From assembly GCA_963665275.2 (NCBI GenBank), contig CAXXIN010000018.1, positions 64,001 through 128,000 on the forward strand: DNA of 64,000 nt, given 5' to 3'. The notes under the pieces are model-generated. The model worked only from the letters and a program-made list of their open reading frames with translations, was not told the DNA's origin and searched no databases. This document shows positions 48,255 to 58,705 of the stretch, piece after piece; the stretch's first letter is position 1; every line of letters begins with the position of its first letter. Source of the DNA: Negativicutes bacterium. GTDB taxonomy: Bacteria > Bacillota > Negativicutes > UBA1444. The position numbers and the translations under genes are program-made.

Positions 48255-49670
48255 ATGGTAAAAATGTCACTTCAACTTGGTATTATTTTACTGTACATCG
48301 CGTTATTGTTCGGAATTAGTTTGTATGCCAAGCGTTTGGCTGCCAACGGTAGCACCAATTTTTTGTTTGCCGGGCGCAAAATGGGCACGGGGCTCGTGGC
48401 GGTGAATGTTGCAGGGCTCGCTATCGGAGCAGCCTCAACGATCGGTGTTGCTGAACACGCTTTTACAGCGGGAATCGCTGCCGGGTGGTACAATGCCGCT
48501 TGGTCGGCGGGCGCGTTGGTCATGGGAGTCTTCGCGGCGGCGAAATACCGTGACATGGATTGCACGACTGTGCCGGAACTTTTTGAACGGTATTATGACA
48601 AAAATAGCCGCGTCATAGCTGTAGTCGGGCTGGTCATCATCCAGATGGTCATTACTGCCCTGCAATATTTGGCCGGCGGAGCGATTCTATCGTCATTGCT
48701 GCCTGAATATTTCACGTTTCAGCTGGGCATGATCGTCAGCGCGGCTGTCTTTATCGGCATTACGCTAATCGGCGGACTCTGGTCTTCCGGACTTTCGAAT
48801 ATCGTCAGCATGATTTTAATCTACATTGGTGTCCTGGCTGGTACTTACATGACGGTTTCCAACCAGGGCGGCATCGGCGCCATCGCGGCAAAACTGCCTG
48901 CGGGGACTGACTGGTTCGGTCCGATTGGAGGGCTGGGGCTCGCCACGATCATTGGCTGGTTCGCGGTTATGATGACGCAGTCGATTACCGCACAGGGACC
49001 CGTGCAGATTGCCTGCGGCGCCCGCGACGGCAAGGCGGCGAGAAATGGATATCTATTGGGTGCGCTTATCATTTTTCCCATCGGCTTTTTATGTGCGTTG
49101 ATGGGGCTGGCGGCTAAAGTAGCTTATCCCAATATTAAGGCGACCATGGCTCTGCCACAGATCATTATGAGTCTCGATCCACTTCTTTCAGGGATGACTC
49201 TGGCAGCCCTCTGGGCGGCGGATGTTTCCACGGCCTGCACTTTGTTGCTGGGGGCGGGAACACTGTTTTCCCAGGATATTTTCAAGCGCTTTATCGCTCC
49301 GGGAATTACCGATAAAAAATATGTGATTGTGAATCGGATTGCGATTTTGGCCATCGGACTTGTTACTTTGTGGTTTGCTTTTAACGCAGTGGGGATTTTG
49401 CGGACGCTGTTGATCGGCCTCAGTTTGACCACTGCATTTACGGTGGTGTTTTTGTTTACTATTTTTACTCCCGGGCTTTGCCGAAAAAGTTCCGCCTTTT
49501 ATACCACACTGGTGGGGATGCTTGGCTTGGCTGCTTGGCAGGTGTTCCCGGCTGTCCGGGTATTTGCGCATCCCATCTATATGGAGTGGACAGTTTGTCT
49601 GGTGACTTTTTTTCTGGTATCTGTAATCGACAAACGAAAAATATCCAAAACACCCAGTTTTTCAAAGTAA
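48255..49670 (+). CDS. Sodium:solute symporter (SSS family)
   Basis: FLFAGRKMG, IGAASTIG, TVPELFERYY and GGLWS; about 13 TM helices. Confidence 0.9.
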   Translation: MVKMSLQLGIILLYIALLFGISLYAKRLAANGSTNFLFAGRKMGTGLVAVNVAGLAIGAASTIGVAEHAFTAGIAAGWYNAAWSAGALVMGVFAAAKYRDMDCTTVPELFERYYDKNSRVIAVVGLVIIQMVITALQYLAGGAILSSLLPEYFTFQLGMIVSAAVFIGITLIGGLWSSGLSNIVSMILIYIGVLAGTYMTVSNQGGIGAIAAKLPAGTDWFGPIGGLGLATIIGWFAVMMTQSITAQGPVQIACGARDGKAARNGYLLGALIIFPIGFLCALMGLAAKVAYPNIKATMALPQIIMSLDPLLSGMTLAALWAADVSTACTLLLGAGTLFSQDIFKRFIAPGITDKKYVIVNRIAILAIGLVTLWFAFNAVGILRTLLIGLSLTTAFTVVFLFTIFTPGLCRKSSAFYTTLVGMLGLAAWQVFPAVRVFAHPIYMEWTVCLVTFFLVSVIDKRKISKTPSFSK

Positions 49671-49706
49671 GCAAGCAAATATTGCAGGGGTAGAGGAGGG
49701 GATGAA

Positions 49707-50156
49707 ATGGTTCCCACGACATTGACCAGTTTGGATATCGGCCGAGCAGCCCTTAAAATGGCTGTGACTGAAAACCGTGAGGAAGAGCAGAGTTTGCGCC
49801 AGGCTTTGTTGGAAAAACAGGGAATACACTCGTTGGCCATTGATTTTGGCGGCGATTTTGTGCCATCCGTTAAAAAGATCATCGAACGGGCGGTTGTGGC
49901 AGCTCAGCGTCAGGGTCTGGTGCCTTCCAATCATGTCGGGGAGGGGGCGGTTGCCGGGGCGGTGCGCGCCGCGCTGGGACAGATATCTTCACAGGCTGTG
50001 GGCTTGTCTGTCGGTGGGAAAATCGGTGTTGCGCGTTACGGAGAACACCTTTGCGTCGCAATATACCTGGGAATAGGAGTACTGAACCTTAATGAAGTAG
50101 CGGTGGGCTTGGCCCACCGCTCACTTCCCGAACAATACAATTCGACTAATTCATGA
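49707..50156 (+). CDS. hutP: HutP-family RNA-binding antiterminator
   Basis: IGRAALKMA, IIERAVVAA.RQG, GKIGVAR..EH..VAIY..IG and GLAHR resemble clostridial HutP-family proteins. Confidence 0.8.
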   Translation: MVPTTLTSLDIGRAALKMAVTENREEEQSLRQALLEKQGIHSLAIDFGGDFVPSVKKIIERAVVAAQRQGLVPSNHVGEGAVAGAVRAALGQISSQAVGLSVGGKIGVARYGEHLCVAIYLGIGVLNLNEVAVGLAHRSLPEQYNSTNS

Positions 50157-50160
50157 AACG

Positions 50161-50979
50161 CTAGGCCTTTCGCTTCGAGCGCGAGGTACCCGGCTTTTCC
50201 GGAACAGGCTGAGGCGTCCGTTGCCGGCCAAACCACCAAATAGCAACCAGGCCGCCTGCAATGACGGCTAAACTGGTCAATTGGGCTGATTTGAGACCTA
50301 GAGCCAAGGCGCCGTAATCTCCCCGCATATATTCGAGAAAAAAACGTGAAATAGAGTATAATATTGCATAGAGGGCGAAGATTTGACCTTTCGCGTGCGG
50401 CACATACCTGGCGAGCAACAGCAGAATAAAGATGATAATATCGATCTGGCCCTCCCAGACTTCGGTAGGCCATAAAGGTTGCGTTCCGTACGTTGAATGG
50501 GCTAAGGTTCCCGGTGGGTAGAGCAGGCCAAAAGCGCCGCCGGTGGGACTGCCAAATGCGTCACCGTTGAGAAGGTTGGCCATCCGGCCGATCGACTGTC
50601 CGAGAATGACGGCAGGTGCAGCGATGATGTCGGCGAATTCCCAGGTATCAATGCCGTGCCGCCGGGTATAGAGATAGCCGGCGATCGTTCCTGCGACCAC
50701 ACCACCCTGAATAGCCATGCCGCCCTGCCACACAAAAGGAATTTCAAGCAAGTGATCCTGATAATAGGCCCAGTCAAAGAAGAACACATCCCATAGCCTG
50801 GCCCCAACGATGCCGGCCAATCCGCAATAAAGCCCCATATCGGCCACATACGCATGCCAGCGTCCATCCTGGCGAGCCAGAAACCAAGCCATACCGGTGG
50901 CCATAAAAATACTCAGGCACAGGATCAGGCCATACATTCGTATCGGAAAATCGCCGATGTGAAAAAGATATTGATGCAT
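50161..50979 (-). CDS. lgt: Prolipoprotein diacylglyceryl transferase
   Basis: IRMYG, GARL, WQGGMAIQGG, GQSIGRMANLLNG.AFG, PT..WE and RFFLEYMR. Confidence 0.92.
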   Translation of the reverse strand: MHQYLFHIGDFPIRMYGLILCLSIFMATGMAWFLARQDGRWHAYVADMGLYCGLAGIVGARLWDVFFFDWAYYQDHLLEIPFVWQGGMAIQGGVVAGTIAGYLYTRRHGIDTWEFADIIAAPAVILGQSIGRMANLLNGDAFGSPTGGAFGLLYPPGTLAHSTYGTQPLWPTEVWEGQIDIIIFILLLLARYVPHAKGQIFALYAILYSISRFFLEYMRGDYGALALGLKSAQLTSLAVIAGGLVAIWWFGRQRTPQPVPEKPGTSRSKRKA

Positions 50980-50988
50980 ACGGGCCTC

Positions 50989-51264
50989 CTATTTCTTCAT
51001 AAAAGTGAGCAACTGCTTTACAACCTGCTCGACCTTTTGCCGGTCGGCGCCGAGATTCGGCGCGTCTTCGCACAGACAGTTGACGGCGTTATTTTCCAGC
51101 AGAAAAAAACCGACCTTGTCAATCGAGGAACGTACGGCGGCAATTTGCACCAATAGATTCGAGCAGGGTTGATCTTCCTCCAGCATGCGTTCGATGCCGG
51201 CGATATGGCCCCGAATGTTTTTGAGTCGGGCCAACACTTCAGTTTTGAGGGTCGGGTCTGTCAT
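50989..51264 (-). CDS. CsoR/RcnR/CstR-family repressor
   Basis: RLKNIRGHIAGIERMLEE...C..LLVQIAAVRSS...ENNAVNC. Confidence 0.9.
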   Translation of the reverse strand: MTDPTLKTEVLARLKNIRGHIAGIERMLEEDQPCSNLLVQIAAVRSSIDKVGFFLLENNAVNCLCEDAPNLGADRQKVEQVVKQLLTFMKK

Positions 51265-51284
51265 TTGACTTCACCTCTTTCATG

Positions 51285-51309
51285 ATCCCCCTGCGGGGGG
51301 TGGGGGGAT
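51285..51309. promoter_or_regulatory. C/G-tract operator of CsoR-family type
   Basis: ATCCCCCTGCGGGGGGTGGGGGGAT immediately upstream of the repressor gene. Confidence 0.6.
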
Positions 51310-51366
51310 GCTTCTTATTGTATTATAATAGTTTCTGAGGAATTATTGCAAATGGAGGGACGAATT

Positions 51367-52668
51367 GTGGGAGACAAAATTTACAAGTTCGGATACGGTA
51401 ACACTACGGTAGAGTTGGCGTTGCCGGCAGAGCAAGTTATTCATGAGGTTGAAGGGCGTCCGGTTGCAGCGATTGAAGATGTGCCGGCTGCGGTGAGGCA
51501 AGCGCTTCGCAATCCTATCGGAACTCCGCCGTTGAAAGAGATCGTGAAAGCAGGGGAAACAGTAGCGATTGTTGTTAGCGACATCACCCGAGCCTGGATT
51601 AAAGCAAATCAGTTTTTGCCGACATTACTGGATGAGCTGAACGCAGCCGGAATCCCCGACCAGGATATTTTCATCATGATAGCGCTCGGGGCCCATCGCC
51701 CGCATACGGATGAGGAGGATGTGGTTGTCTGCGGCGCATCGGTGTGCCATCGAGTACGGATTTATCAACACAATGCCCGGGATAAAGCGGGACTGGCATA
51801 CAACGGGAAAACTTCGCGAGGCGTGGAGGCATGGACGAATAAAAGAGTCATGGAAGCCGACAGGATCATTCTGACAGGCGGTATCGTTTATCACCTCATG
51901 GCTGGGTTTGGCGCCGGGCGCAAGGCGGTTATGCCGGGCATCAGCGGTTACGAGACAATACAGGCTAACCATCGATTTTGTCTGCATCCGGAAGTCGGAC
52001 ACGGTTTGAATCCCCACTGCATGTCAGGTCGGACCGAAGGCAATGATATGCATGAGGACCAAATGGAAATCGCAACGCTTGTAAATCCCGACTTCTTGCT
52101 CAATGTAGTAAATACGCCGGAAGGAAAATTCGCCGGCATTTTTGCCGGACATTGGCAAAAAGCCTGGGAAGAGGGATGCAAGCTGGTAGAGAAAATCTAC
52201 GGCATCCCCATTACAGCCAAGGCTGATTTGGTAGTGGCTTCAGCCGGAGGCTTCCCCAAAGACATCAACCTTTATCAGGGTTCGAAATCACTCGATAATG
52301 CCTATATGGCCACCAAATCCGGCGGCGTTGCGATTTGTTTTCTCGAATGTCGCGATATCATGGAACCGGCGGAGTTCAGCAACTGGTTCAAGTATCCTGA
52401 TGCGCTGGCGTTTGAGACTGCATTGCGGGCTGCTTTTACGGTGCCTGGCTTCATTGCATTCAAGTGCATTTCCATCGCTCAGGATATTTCGATGATTGTG
52501 GTGACGAAGCCGGAAAATGCCGAATTCATCCGTAAAACAGGCATGATTCCCGCGAGTTCCGCCGAAGAAGCGATGCAAATGGCCCGGGAAAAAATCGGCC
52601 GCGACGACTTCACCATTACGGTGATGAGCCATGCGGCCAATACGGTTCCTTTATTGAAACAAGGTTAA
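51367..52668 (+). CDS. larA: Nickel-pincer-dependent lactate racemase, LarA family
   Basis: VSDITR, ALGAHR, HLMAGFGAGRK, GGFPKDINLYQ..K and ECRD; GTG 51367 after GGAGG. Confidence 0.88.
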   Translation: MGDKIYKFGYGNTTVELALPAEQVIHEVEGRPVAAIEDVPAAVRQALRNPIGTPPLKEIVKAGETVAIVVSDITRAWIKANQFLPTLLDELNAAGIPDQDIFIMIALGAHRPHTDEEDVVVCGASVCHRVRIYQHNARDKAGLAYNGKTSRGVEAWTNKRVMEADRIILTGGIVYHLMAGFGAGRKAVMPGISGYETIQANHRFCLHPEVGHGLNPHCMSGRTEGNDMHEDQMEIATLVNPDFLLNVVNTPEGKFAGIFAGHWQKAWEEGCKLVEKIYGIPITAKADLVVASAGGFPKDINLYQGSKSLDNAYMATKSGGVAICFLECRDIMEPAEFSNWFKYPDALAFETALRAAFTVPGFIAFKCISIAQDISMIVVTKPENAEFIRKTGMIPASSAEEAMQMAREKIGRDDFTITVMSHAANTVPLLKQG

Positions 52669-52676
52669 GTTACGAG

Positions 52677-53369
52677 TCAGACAATTTTTTTCGGCTGAAA
52701 GTTCAGGGCGTCGCAGGCTACTAGGTGGCAAGCGGCGCCTTTGATCTGTCCGCTTGGCGCCATGTGGGCTCCATCGCCGTGGATATGGCCGAAGATGCAA
52801 TATTCGACAGAGAATTCCTCCAACAATGCGGTGAAGCCATTAGTGGCTTCTTCAAAGGCGACAGGGGGGAAGTGCATCATCACCATCAGGTGTTCGAAAC
52901 CGGCGGTGCGGGCGCTCTCTAGCGAAATGCGGAGTCGGGATACCTCACGCAGGTAAATGGGCTCATCTTCCGGGCGGAAAAACGGATCGGCGGGGGTGAC
53001 CCAGCCCCGGCTGCCGCAAATGGCCCAGCCTTCCGCCGCAAAGAAATTATTGTGCAGGAAAAAAAGTTCGTCCGGCCTATCCTGGTTCATTTTGCCCACG
53101 GTTCCCCACCAATAATCATGATTTCCGCGTACAAGGATTTTGCGGCCCGGCAAAGTGGCGATAGCCTCAAGGTCAACGAGGGCTTCTTTCCACTTCATAG
53201 CCCAGGAGGTATCGCCTGCAATCAGGATTGTGTCATCTGGTTTTATGACTGCACGCCAGGCAGTCTGAATCTTGTCCCAGTGATTTTCCCAAGACGGACT
53301 GAATCGATCCATCGGTTTGGATGGAGGGTTGCCGGATAAGTGCAGATCGGCGAGTGCGAAAATAGACAT
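52677..53369 (-). CDS. Calcineurin-like metallophosphoesterase
   Basis: DLH, GD, GNHD, H and GHIH motifs. Confidence 0.9.
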   Translation of the reverse strand: MSIFALADLHLSGNPPSKPMDRFSPSWENHWDKIQTAWRAVIKPDDTILIAGDTSWAMKWKEALVDLEAIATLPGRKILVRGNHDYWWGTVGKMNQDRPDELFFLHNNFFAAEGWAICGSRGWVTPADPFFRPEDEPIYLREVSRLRISLESARTAGFEHLMVMMHFPPVAFEEATNGFTALLEEFSVEYCIFGHIHGDGAHMAPSGQIKGAACHLVACDALNFQPKKIV

Positions 53370-53536
53370 AAAAATACTCCTTGCTGGGGGGATCGTTACG
53401 AATGTTTACTTTTCCAAGGGATAGCAAATATCCTGCAATAGCAATGAAAATCGGCAGGGAAAAAGACGGAAATCATGAATACATAATATATTACTTGATC
53501 GATTATTCGAAATTGACGGAGGGGAGGGGAAACGAA

Positions 53537-54664
53537 ATGCGGAAAATACTGCATCATGTACATGCGACACTTTTTGCGGTATTGCTTGTCAGTGGATTTT
53601 TGTTGCATTTTTCGATTTTACGGGGTCCTCTGTCGTCCTACCGGTTATTGCTGATGAAAACACATGCCTTTGCCGGAGAATTTTTTACTGCGGTGATCGT
53701 TGTGTATGGGCTGTATTTACTGGCACGGCGTTCCTTGGTGTGGAAAAGGAAAACTTACCGCCAATTTGTCAGAATCGCTTTTCTGATACTGACTGCCTGG
53801 GTGGCCAGCGGATGGGTTTTGCTGCAAAAGACTAATTGGGGACCGATTCCGACCGCTTATTCTTTTGAACTGCACCGCTGGTTGGCTTATGCTTCTGTGC
53901 CAATTCTGTTATGGCATGTCTGGGCTACTTGGCGCAAACCGTTGCCCGACTCTCTGGCCGGAACTCGCCGCCACTTTTTCGGCTGGCTGGCGGCCGCAGC
54001 AGGGGGGGCTTGGGGCGCGTCGCTGGTTTGGCGTTTTCAGGAACGCAACCGTCCCCAGGACGTAAAGGGAAATGAAAACTGCGATGTGTTTTTGCCGGTG
54101 CCTGAGCCTGCCAAAGATTCGTTGCCTCCGATTGGCGGTGGAATGCAGGGGAAATTCGGCGAATACAGCGTCATGAATTTCTTGCCTTGCCTGCATCATG
54201 ATACCTGGCGATTTAACATCGATGGACTGGTAAACCGCAACGTATCCTTCCGCTGGGAAGACTTCGTTCGCCTTCCGCGAAAGGTTCAGGTCAGCGATTT
54301 TCATTGCGTTGAAGGTTGGTCCGTATTCAACATCACTTATGAAGGCCTGAAAGTATCGGATTTGCTGGGGATGGCCGGAGTCAGACCAGAGGCGAGGTAT
54401 GTGAAATTTTACTCGGCTGACGGTCAGTATGCGGACGTATTGACGCTGGAACAGGCGCACATGGAAGATGTGATGATCGTCATGTTGATGGACGGACGCC
54501 CGATTCCGAGAGTTCTCGGGGGGCCGGCGAGGCTTATCGTACCCAAAATGTATGCGTACAAGGCAGTTAAGTGGGTGACGCGTATCGAACTCATCGACGA
54601 ACCATATCTGGGATACTGGGAGCACTATGGTTTTGAGACAAATGCCTGGGTGGGAGTATACTAA
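53537..54664 (+). CDS. Sulfite-oxidase-family molybdopterin oxidoreductase fused to a cytochrome b-like membrane domain
   Basis: 4 His-bearing TM helices, internal TRRHFF, then DFHCVEGW, GGPARLIVP.MYAYKAVKW and GYWE; ATG after GGAGGGG. Confidence 0.85.
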   Translation: MRKILHHVHATLFAVLLVSGFLLHFSILRGPLSSYRLLLMKTHAFAGEFFTAVIVVYGLYLLARRSLVWKRKTYRQFVRIAFLILTAWVASGWVLLQKTNWGPIPTAYSFELHRWLAYASVPILLWHVWATWRKPLPDSLAGTRRHFFGWLAAAAGGAWGASLVWRFQERNRPQDVKGNENCDVFLPVPEPAKDSLPPIGGGMQGKFGEYSVMNFLPCLHHDTWRFNIDGLVNRNVSFRWEDFVRLPRKVQVSDFHCVEGWSVFNITYEGLKVSDLLGMAGVRPEARYVKFYSADGQYADVLTLEQAHMEDVMIVMLMDGRPIPRVLGGPARLIVPKMYAYKAVKWVTRIELIDEPYLGYWEHYGFETNAWVGVY

Positions 54665-54796
54665 AAATGGGTTAGACAGGCCGTCCAATACAATGGAAAA
54701 GGCAGAAACCCGGCTATAAAGACGAATTTCTACCCTTTATTTCCTTGCCATATATTATGCACGAGGGAGGCTTGGGATTAAAAACCGTTCGTAAAA

Positions 54797-55099
54797 CTAT
54801 TGAATTTCAAACACCTTGGTCAGTCGAGTCAATTCAAACAAATCTTTGACCAGTCCTTTGATCCCTTTGATGATAACACTACCGCCATTTTGCAGGGCAC
54901 GTTTCTGAATAGCCACCAAAGTTCCTAACCCCGAGCTATCGATATAGTCAACATTCCCCAAGTCCACGATGAAGGTTTTGTGTCCGCTATCAATGTACCC
55001 AATGAGGCTTTCCCTGATTTGTGCAGCTTCCGCCACGTAGATACTGCCGGATAAAACTACTAAAACATGGTTTTCTAAAACAGTAATTTCCTGAATCAT
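54797..55099 (-). CDS. STAS-domain anti-sigma-factor antagonist
   Basis: VDLGNVDYIDSSGLG and LFELTRL; GGAGGT RBS. Confidence 0.9.
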   Translation of the reverse strand: MIQEITVLENHVLVVLSGSIYVAEAAQIRESLIGYIDSGHKTFIVDLGNVDYIDSSGLGTLVAIQKRALQNGGSVIIKGIKGLVKDLFELTRLTKVFEIQ

Positions 55100-55302
55100 G
55101 GGTCGTCCACCTCCCAATAGTTCGCAGCTTATCGTTGGTTTACTAATATTGAAATAGTTATTTAAAATATTTATTCGCTATCTGATCACATTTTCCTTTT
55201 AATTTTTCAAAGAAATGAAGGGAAAAATTATGTGTGTTATGAACGTATAATTATGTAAAGAACTCGGGGCAAAATATCGGATAAGGTGGTGGAAGCTGCA
55301 AT

Positions 55303-55956
55303 ATGGAAATTAAAAGACGCTTTCTTATTGGGGGACTAATTTTGGCACTGATCAGTTTGATCCTGGCAGCAGGCTGTGGCGCCAGCAAATCAGAACCTGT
55401 GTCTCAGACAAAGTCTTCGGCTGCGCCCGCGCCAGCTGCCCCGTCTGTTGAAAAGAAACCGTTGTTGGCGGAAAAAATGGGTGAATGGAAACCAGATGGC
55501 ATCATTGCTGACGGTGAATACAGCAAGATGCAGTCCTTTGGTGAAATTGAAGTCTACAGCCGGATCGACGGCAATAAGGCAAGATTGGCGCTGAAAGCGA
55601 AAACCAATGGATATGTAGCGATTGGTTTTGATCCATCCGACAAAATGAAAGACGCTGATATTATCTTGGGCTTTGTGAAGGATGGCAAAGCAGTTGTTTT
55701 TGACATGTACAGTATCGGGCCGACAGGTCCCCATCCAGCGGATGACCAACAGGGTGGAAAAAATGATGTAAACGTATTTGGCGGCGCCAACAAAGAAGGT
55801 ATGACAGTCATCGAATTTGAACGCATGCTGCTGACCGGAGATCCCAAGGATAAGGAGATTAAAATTGGCGATAATAAAATCATTTGGTCCGTAGGTGATG
55901 AGAGCAATCCAACCACCAAACACGTGAAACGGGGCGGCGGAATTCTCAAACTGTAA
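55303..55956 (+). CDS. DOMON-domain lipoprotein
   Basis: Lipobox LAAGC; [25 protein letters not shown] and C-terminal KH (Met/His heme-ligand pattern). Confidence 0.82.
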   Translation: MEIKRRFLIGGLILALISLILAAGCGASKSEPVSQTKSSAAPAPAAPSVEKKPLLAEKMGEWKPDGIIADGEYSKMQSFGEIEVYSRIDGNKARLALKAKTNGYVAIGFDPSDKMKDADIILGFVKDGKAVVFDMYSIGPTGPHPADDQQGGKNDVNVFGGANKEGMTVIEFERMLLTGDPKDKEIKIGDNKIIWSVGDESNPTTKHVKRGGGILKL

Positions 55957-56009
55957 ATGCGAAAAGTGATAAAGTCAGAAGCCGGAAAGGGTCAGGGACC
56001 CTGACTTCG

Positions 56010-56038
56010 TTGACTTTGAAAAGTTCGTACACTATAAT
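56010..56038 (+). promoter_or_regulatory. Sigma-A promoter of leuS
   Basis: TTGACT-17 nt-TATAAT. Confidence 0.75.
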
Positions 56039-56066
56039 TAATGGCAACAGCGGAACCTTACGCATG

Positions 56067-56095
56067 GCCCCGCACTCAGCGGGGCTTTTTATTTT
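56067..56095 (+). terminator. Terminator in the leuS leader
   Basis: GCCCCGC-ACTCA-GCGGGGC-TTTTTATTTT just before the RBS. Confidence 0.75.
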
Positions 56096-56108
56096 GAGGA
56101 GGATGTCG

Positions 56109-58589
56109 ATGAACGAGAAGTACGTCGCGGGAGAAATTGAACCGAAGTGGCAAAAAATTTGGGCGGATTCGGGCGCGTTTCACTCGGAAGTAGATCGGAC
56201 AAAACCTGAGTATTATGTACTTGAGATGTTCCCGTACCCTTCAGGCGCTCTGCATATGGGTCATGTTCGCAATTACTCCATTGGTGACGTCATCGCCAGA
56301 TTTCAGAAGATGCGGGGCTATAATGTGCTGCACCCGATGGGCTGGGATGCTTTCGGTATGCCGGCGGAAAATGCCGCCATCAAAAATAAAGTACATCCCT
56401 CTGACTGGACGTGGAGCAACATCCGCAACATGCGCCGGCAGCAGCAGGAACTCGGATTGTCCTACGACTGGGATCGGGAAGTGGCGACGTGTCATCCGGA
56501 ATATTACCGCTGGACTCAGTGGCTATTTTTACTGTTTTTTGAACGTGGACTGGCCTATAAGAAAAAAGCCGCAGTCAACTGGTGCGAAGAATGCAACACG
56601 GTACTGGCTAACGAGCAGGTTATCGATGGCAACTGCTGGCGTTGCAACTCGGTCGTCGTCAAAAAGGAACTGGAGCAGTGGTTCCTGAAAATCACTGATT
56701 ATGCAGACCGCCTATTGAAAGACATGGATCTTTTGGGAGGTTGGCCCGAGCGCGTGAGGACTATGCAGGAAAACTGGATTGGCCGTAGCGAAGGGGCCGA
56801 ATTCAGCTTTGCGGTCCCCGAACTGGAAGAGAAAATACCGGTTTATACGACACGGCAGGATACTTCATTTGGCGTGACCTACGTCGTGCTGGCGCCAGAA
56901 CATCCGCTGGTGGAAAAACTGATCGCCGGCAAACCGGAAGCCGCTGCGGTGAGCGCTTTTGTCGAAAAAGTCCGCAAGCTTAGTGAGATCAACCGGACAG
57001 CTACCGATGTGGAAAAAGAAGGCATGTTTACCGGTGCATACGCTGTAAATCCTTTCAATGGTGAAGCGGTGCCCATCTGGGTCGCCAACTATGTTTTGTA
57101 CGAATACGGTACAGGCGCGGTGATGGGCGTTCCCGCCCACGATGAACGTGACTGGGCTTTTGCAACCAAATATAACCTGGAGAAGCGCCTGGTGGTGCAG
57201 ACCCCGGCGACGCCGCTGACGATCTTGACGATGGACGGCGCCTATGGCGGATCTGGCGTGATGGTCAACTCCGGCCGGTTTAACGGATTGGAAAATGAAA
57301 TCGCCAAAGCCCAGATGGCGGATTGGCTGGAAGAACAAAAAGTTGGTCGACGCCGTGTGACTTACCGTCTGCGGGACTGGCTTGTTTCGCGCCAACGTTA
57401 TTGGGGAGCCCCCATTCCGATTATTTATTGTGAAGATTGCGGTGCGGTGGCGGTGCCCAAAGAAGATCTGCCAATCAAATTACCGGAAAATGTGCGTTTC
57501 GATGCGGGGGCTGTTTCCCCCTTGGCTACTGTTGAAGAATTCGTCAACTGCAAGTGCCCGAAATGCGGCAAGCCTGCCCGACGGGAAACCGACACCATGG
57601 ATACTTTTATCTGTTCTTCCTGGTATTATTTCCGTTATACGGATCCCCGCAACACCAAAGCACCGTGGGATATCAACACTTGCAATTATTGGACTCCAGT
57701 CGACCAATATATCGGTGGAATCGAACACGCGATTTTACACCTCTTGTATTCGCGCTTTTTCACCAAAGTGCTCAAGGATGCAGGCCTGATCGATGCCGAT
57801 GAGCCTTTCAAAAACCTGTTGACGCAGGGTATGGTCATCAAGGACGGCTCGAAAATGTCCAAATCCAAAGGAAATATTGTTTCACCGGAAGAAATCGTAA
57901 AAAAATATGGTGCGGATACAGCGCGCCTCTTTATCCTTTTTGCATCGCCGCCTGAGCGCGATCTCGAATGGAGCGATCAAGGCGTGGAAGGCGCCGCGAG
58001 ATTTTTCAACCGCCTATGGCGCATTGTCAGTCACTTCGCGGAAATCGCCCAGGGCGCCGAACCAAACTATGACGCGGCGACACTGGATGATCAGGCCAAG
58101 GAACTAAGGCGTGCCCTTCATGCTACAATCCGTAAGGTTACAGAAGATGTTTCCGATCGCTTTAATTTCAATACGGCCATCAGCTCGGTGATGGAACTGG
58201 TCAACGCAATGCATGTATATCGTGATGCGGCGACCGAACCCCAACCGGCACTGATCCGCGAGACGGTTGATGCGTTGCTTCGTCTGCTGGCGCCCTTTGC
58301 TCCCCACATCACTGAAGAACTGTGGAGTTTGACGGGCCATTCAGACAGTATTCACAGTCAGCCCTGGCCTAAATGGGATGCCGCCGCACTGAAAACGGAT
58401 TCGGTGGAAATCGTGCTCCAGATTAACGGCAAGGTTCGCGAAAAGCTGATTGTGCCGTCGGAAATTACTGCGGACGCATTGGGCAAACTGGCACTAGCTC
58501 AGGAACGGATCCAGGCCCTGATGGAGGGGAAAACCATGGTTAAAGTAATCGCGGTGCCTGGGAAATTGGTCAATATCGTCGTCAAATAG
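56109..58589 (+). CDS. leuS: Leucyl-tRNA synthetase
   Basis: [39 protein letters not shown] and KMSKS. Confidence 0.98.
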   Translation: MNEKYVAGEIEPKWQKIWADSGAFHSEVDRTKPEYYVLEMFPYPSGALHMGHVRNYSIGDVIARFQKMRGYNVLHPMGWDAFGMPAENAAIKNKVHPSDWTWSNIRNMRRQQQELGLSYDWDREVATCHPEYYRWTQWLFLLFFERGLAYKKKAAVNWCEECNTVLANEQVIDGNCWRCNSVVVKKELEQWFLKITDYADRLLKDMDLLGGWPERVRTMQENWIGRSEGAEFSFAVPELEEKIPVYTTRQDTSFGVTYVVLAPEHPLVEKLIAGKPEAAAVSAFVEKVRKLSEINRTATDVEKEGMFTGAYAVNPFNGEAVPIWVANYVLYEYGTGAVMGVPAHDERDWAFATKYNLEKRLVVQTPATPLTILTMDGAYGGSGVMVNSGRFNGLENEIAKAQMADWLEEQKVGRRRVTYRLRDWLVSRQRYWGAPIPIIYCEDCGAVAVPKEDLPIKLPENVRFDAGAVSPLATVEEFVNCKCPKCGKPARRETDTMDTFICSSWYYFRYTDPRNTKAPWDINTCNYWTPVDQYIGGIEHAILHLLYSRFFTKVLKDAGLIDADEPFKNLLTQGMVIKDGSKMSKSKGNIVSPEEIVKKYGADTARLFILFASPPERDLEWSDQGVEGAARFFNRLWRIVSHFAEIAQGAEPNYDAATLDDQAKELRRALHATIRKVTEDVSDRFNFNTAISSVMELVNAMHVYRDAATEPQPALIRETVDALLRLLAPFAPHITEELWSLTGHSDSIHSQPWPKWDAAALKTDSVEIVLQINGKVREKLIVPSEITADALGKLALAQERIQALMEGKTMVKVIAVPGKLVNIVVK

Positions 58590-58644
58590 CCTGTGAGTTT
58601 CTAAAAAAATCGGTTGAATGCCGATATGAAATGTGGTGCACTGC

Positions 58645-58674
58645 GCCGGTCTGTAAGCACAGACCGGTTTTTTT
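58645..58674 (+). terminator. Terminator after leuS
   Basis: CCGGTCTGT-AAGC-ACAGACCGG-TTTTTTT. Confidence 0.8.
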
Positions 58675-58705
58675 ATTGCAGAAATCAAGATGGGAGGGTA
58701 AACAT

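Noticed and set aside
56010-56108. Extended ORF-track starts for leuS (56010), and likewise comEA (58631), the Mo enzyme (53381) and the amidohydrolase (9675)
   Set aside because: The extensions run through promoters or terminators; downstream starts have proper SD sequences.
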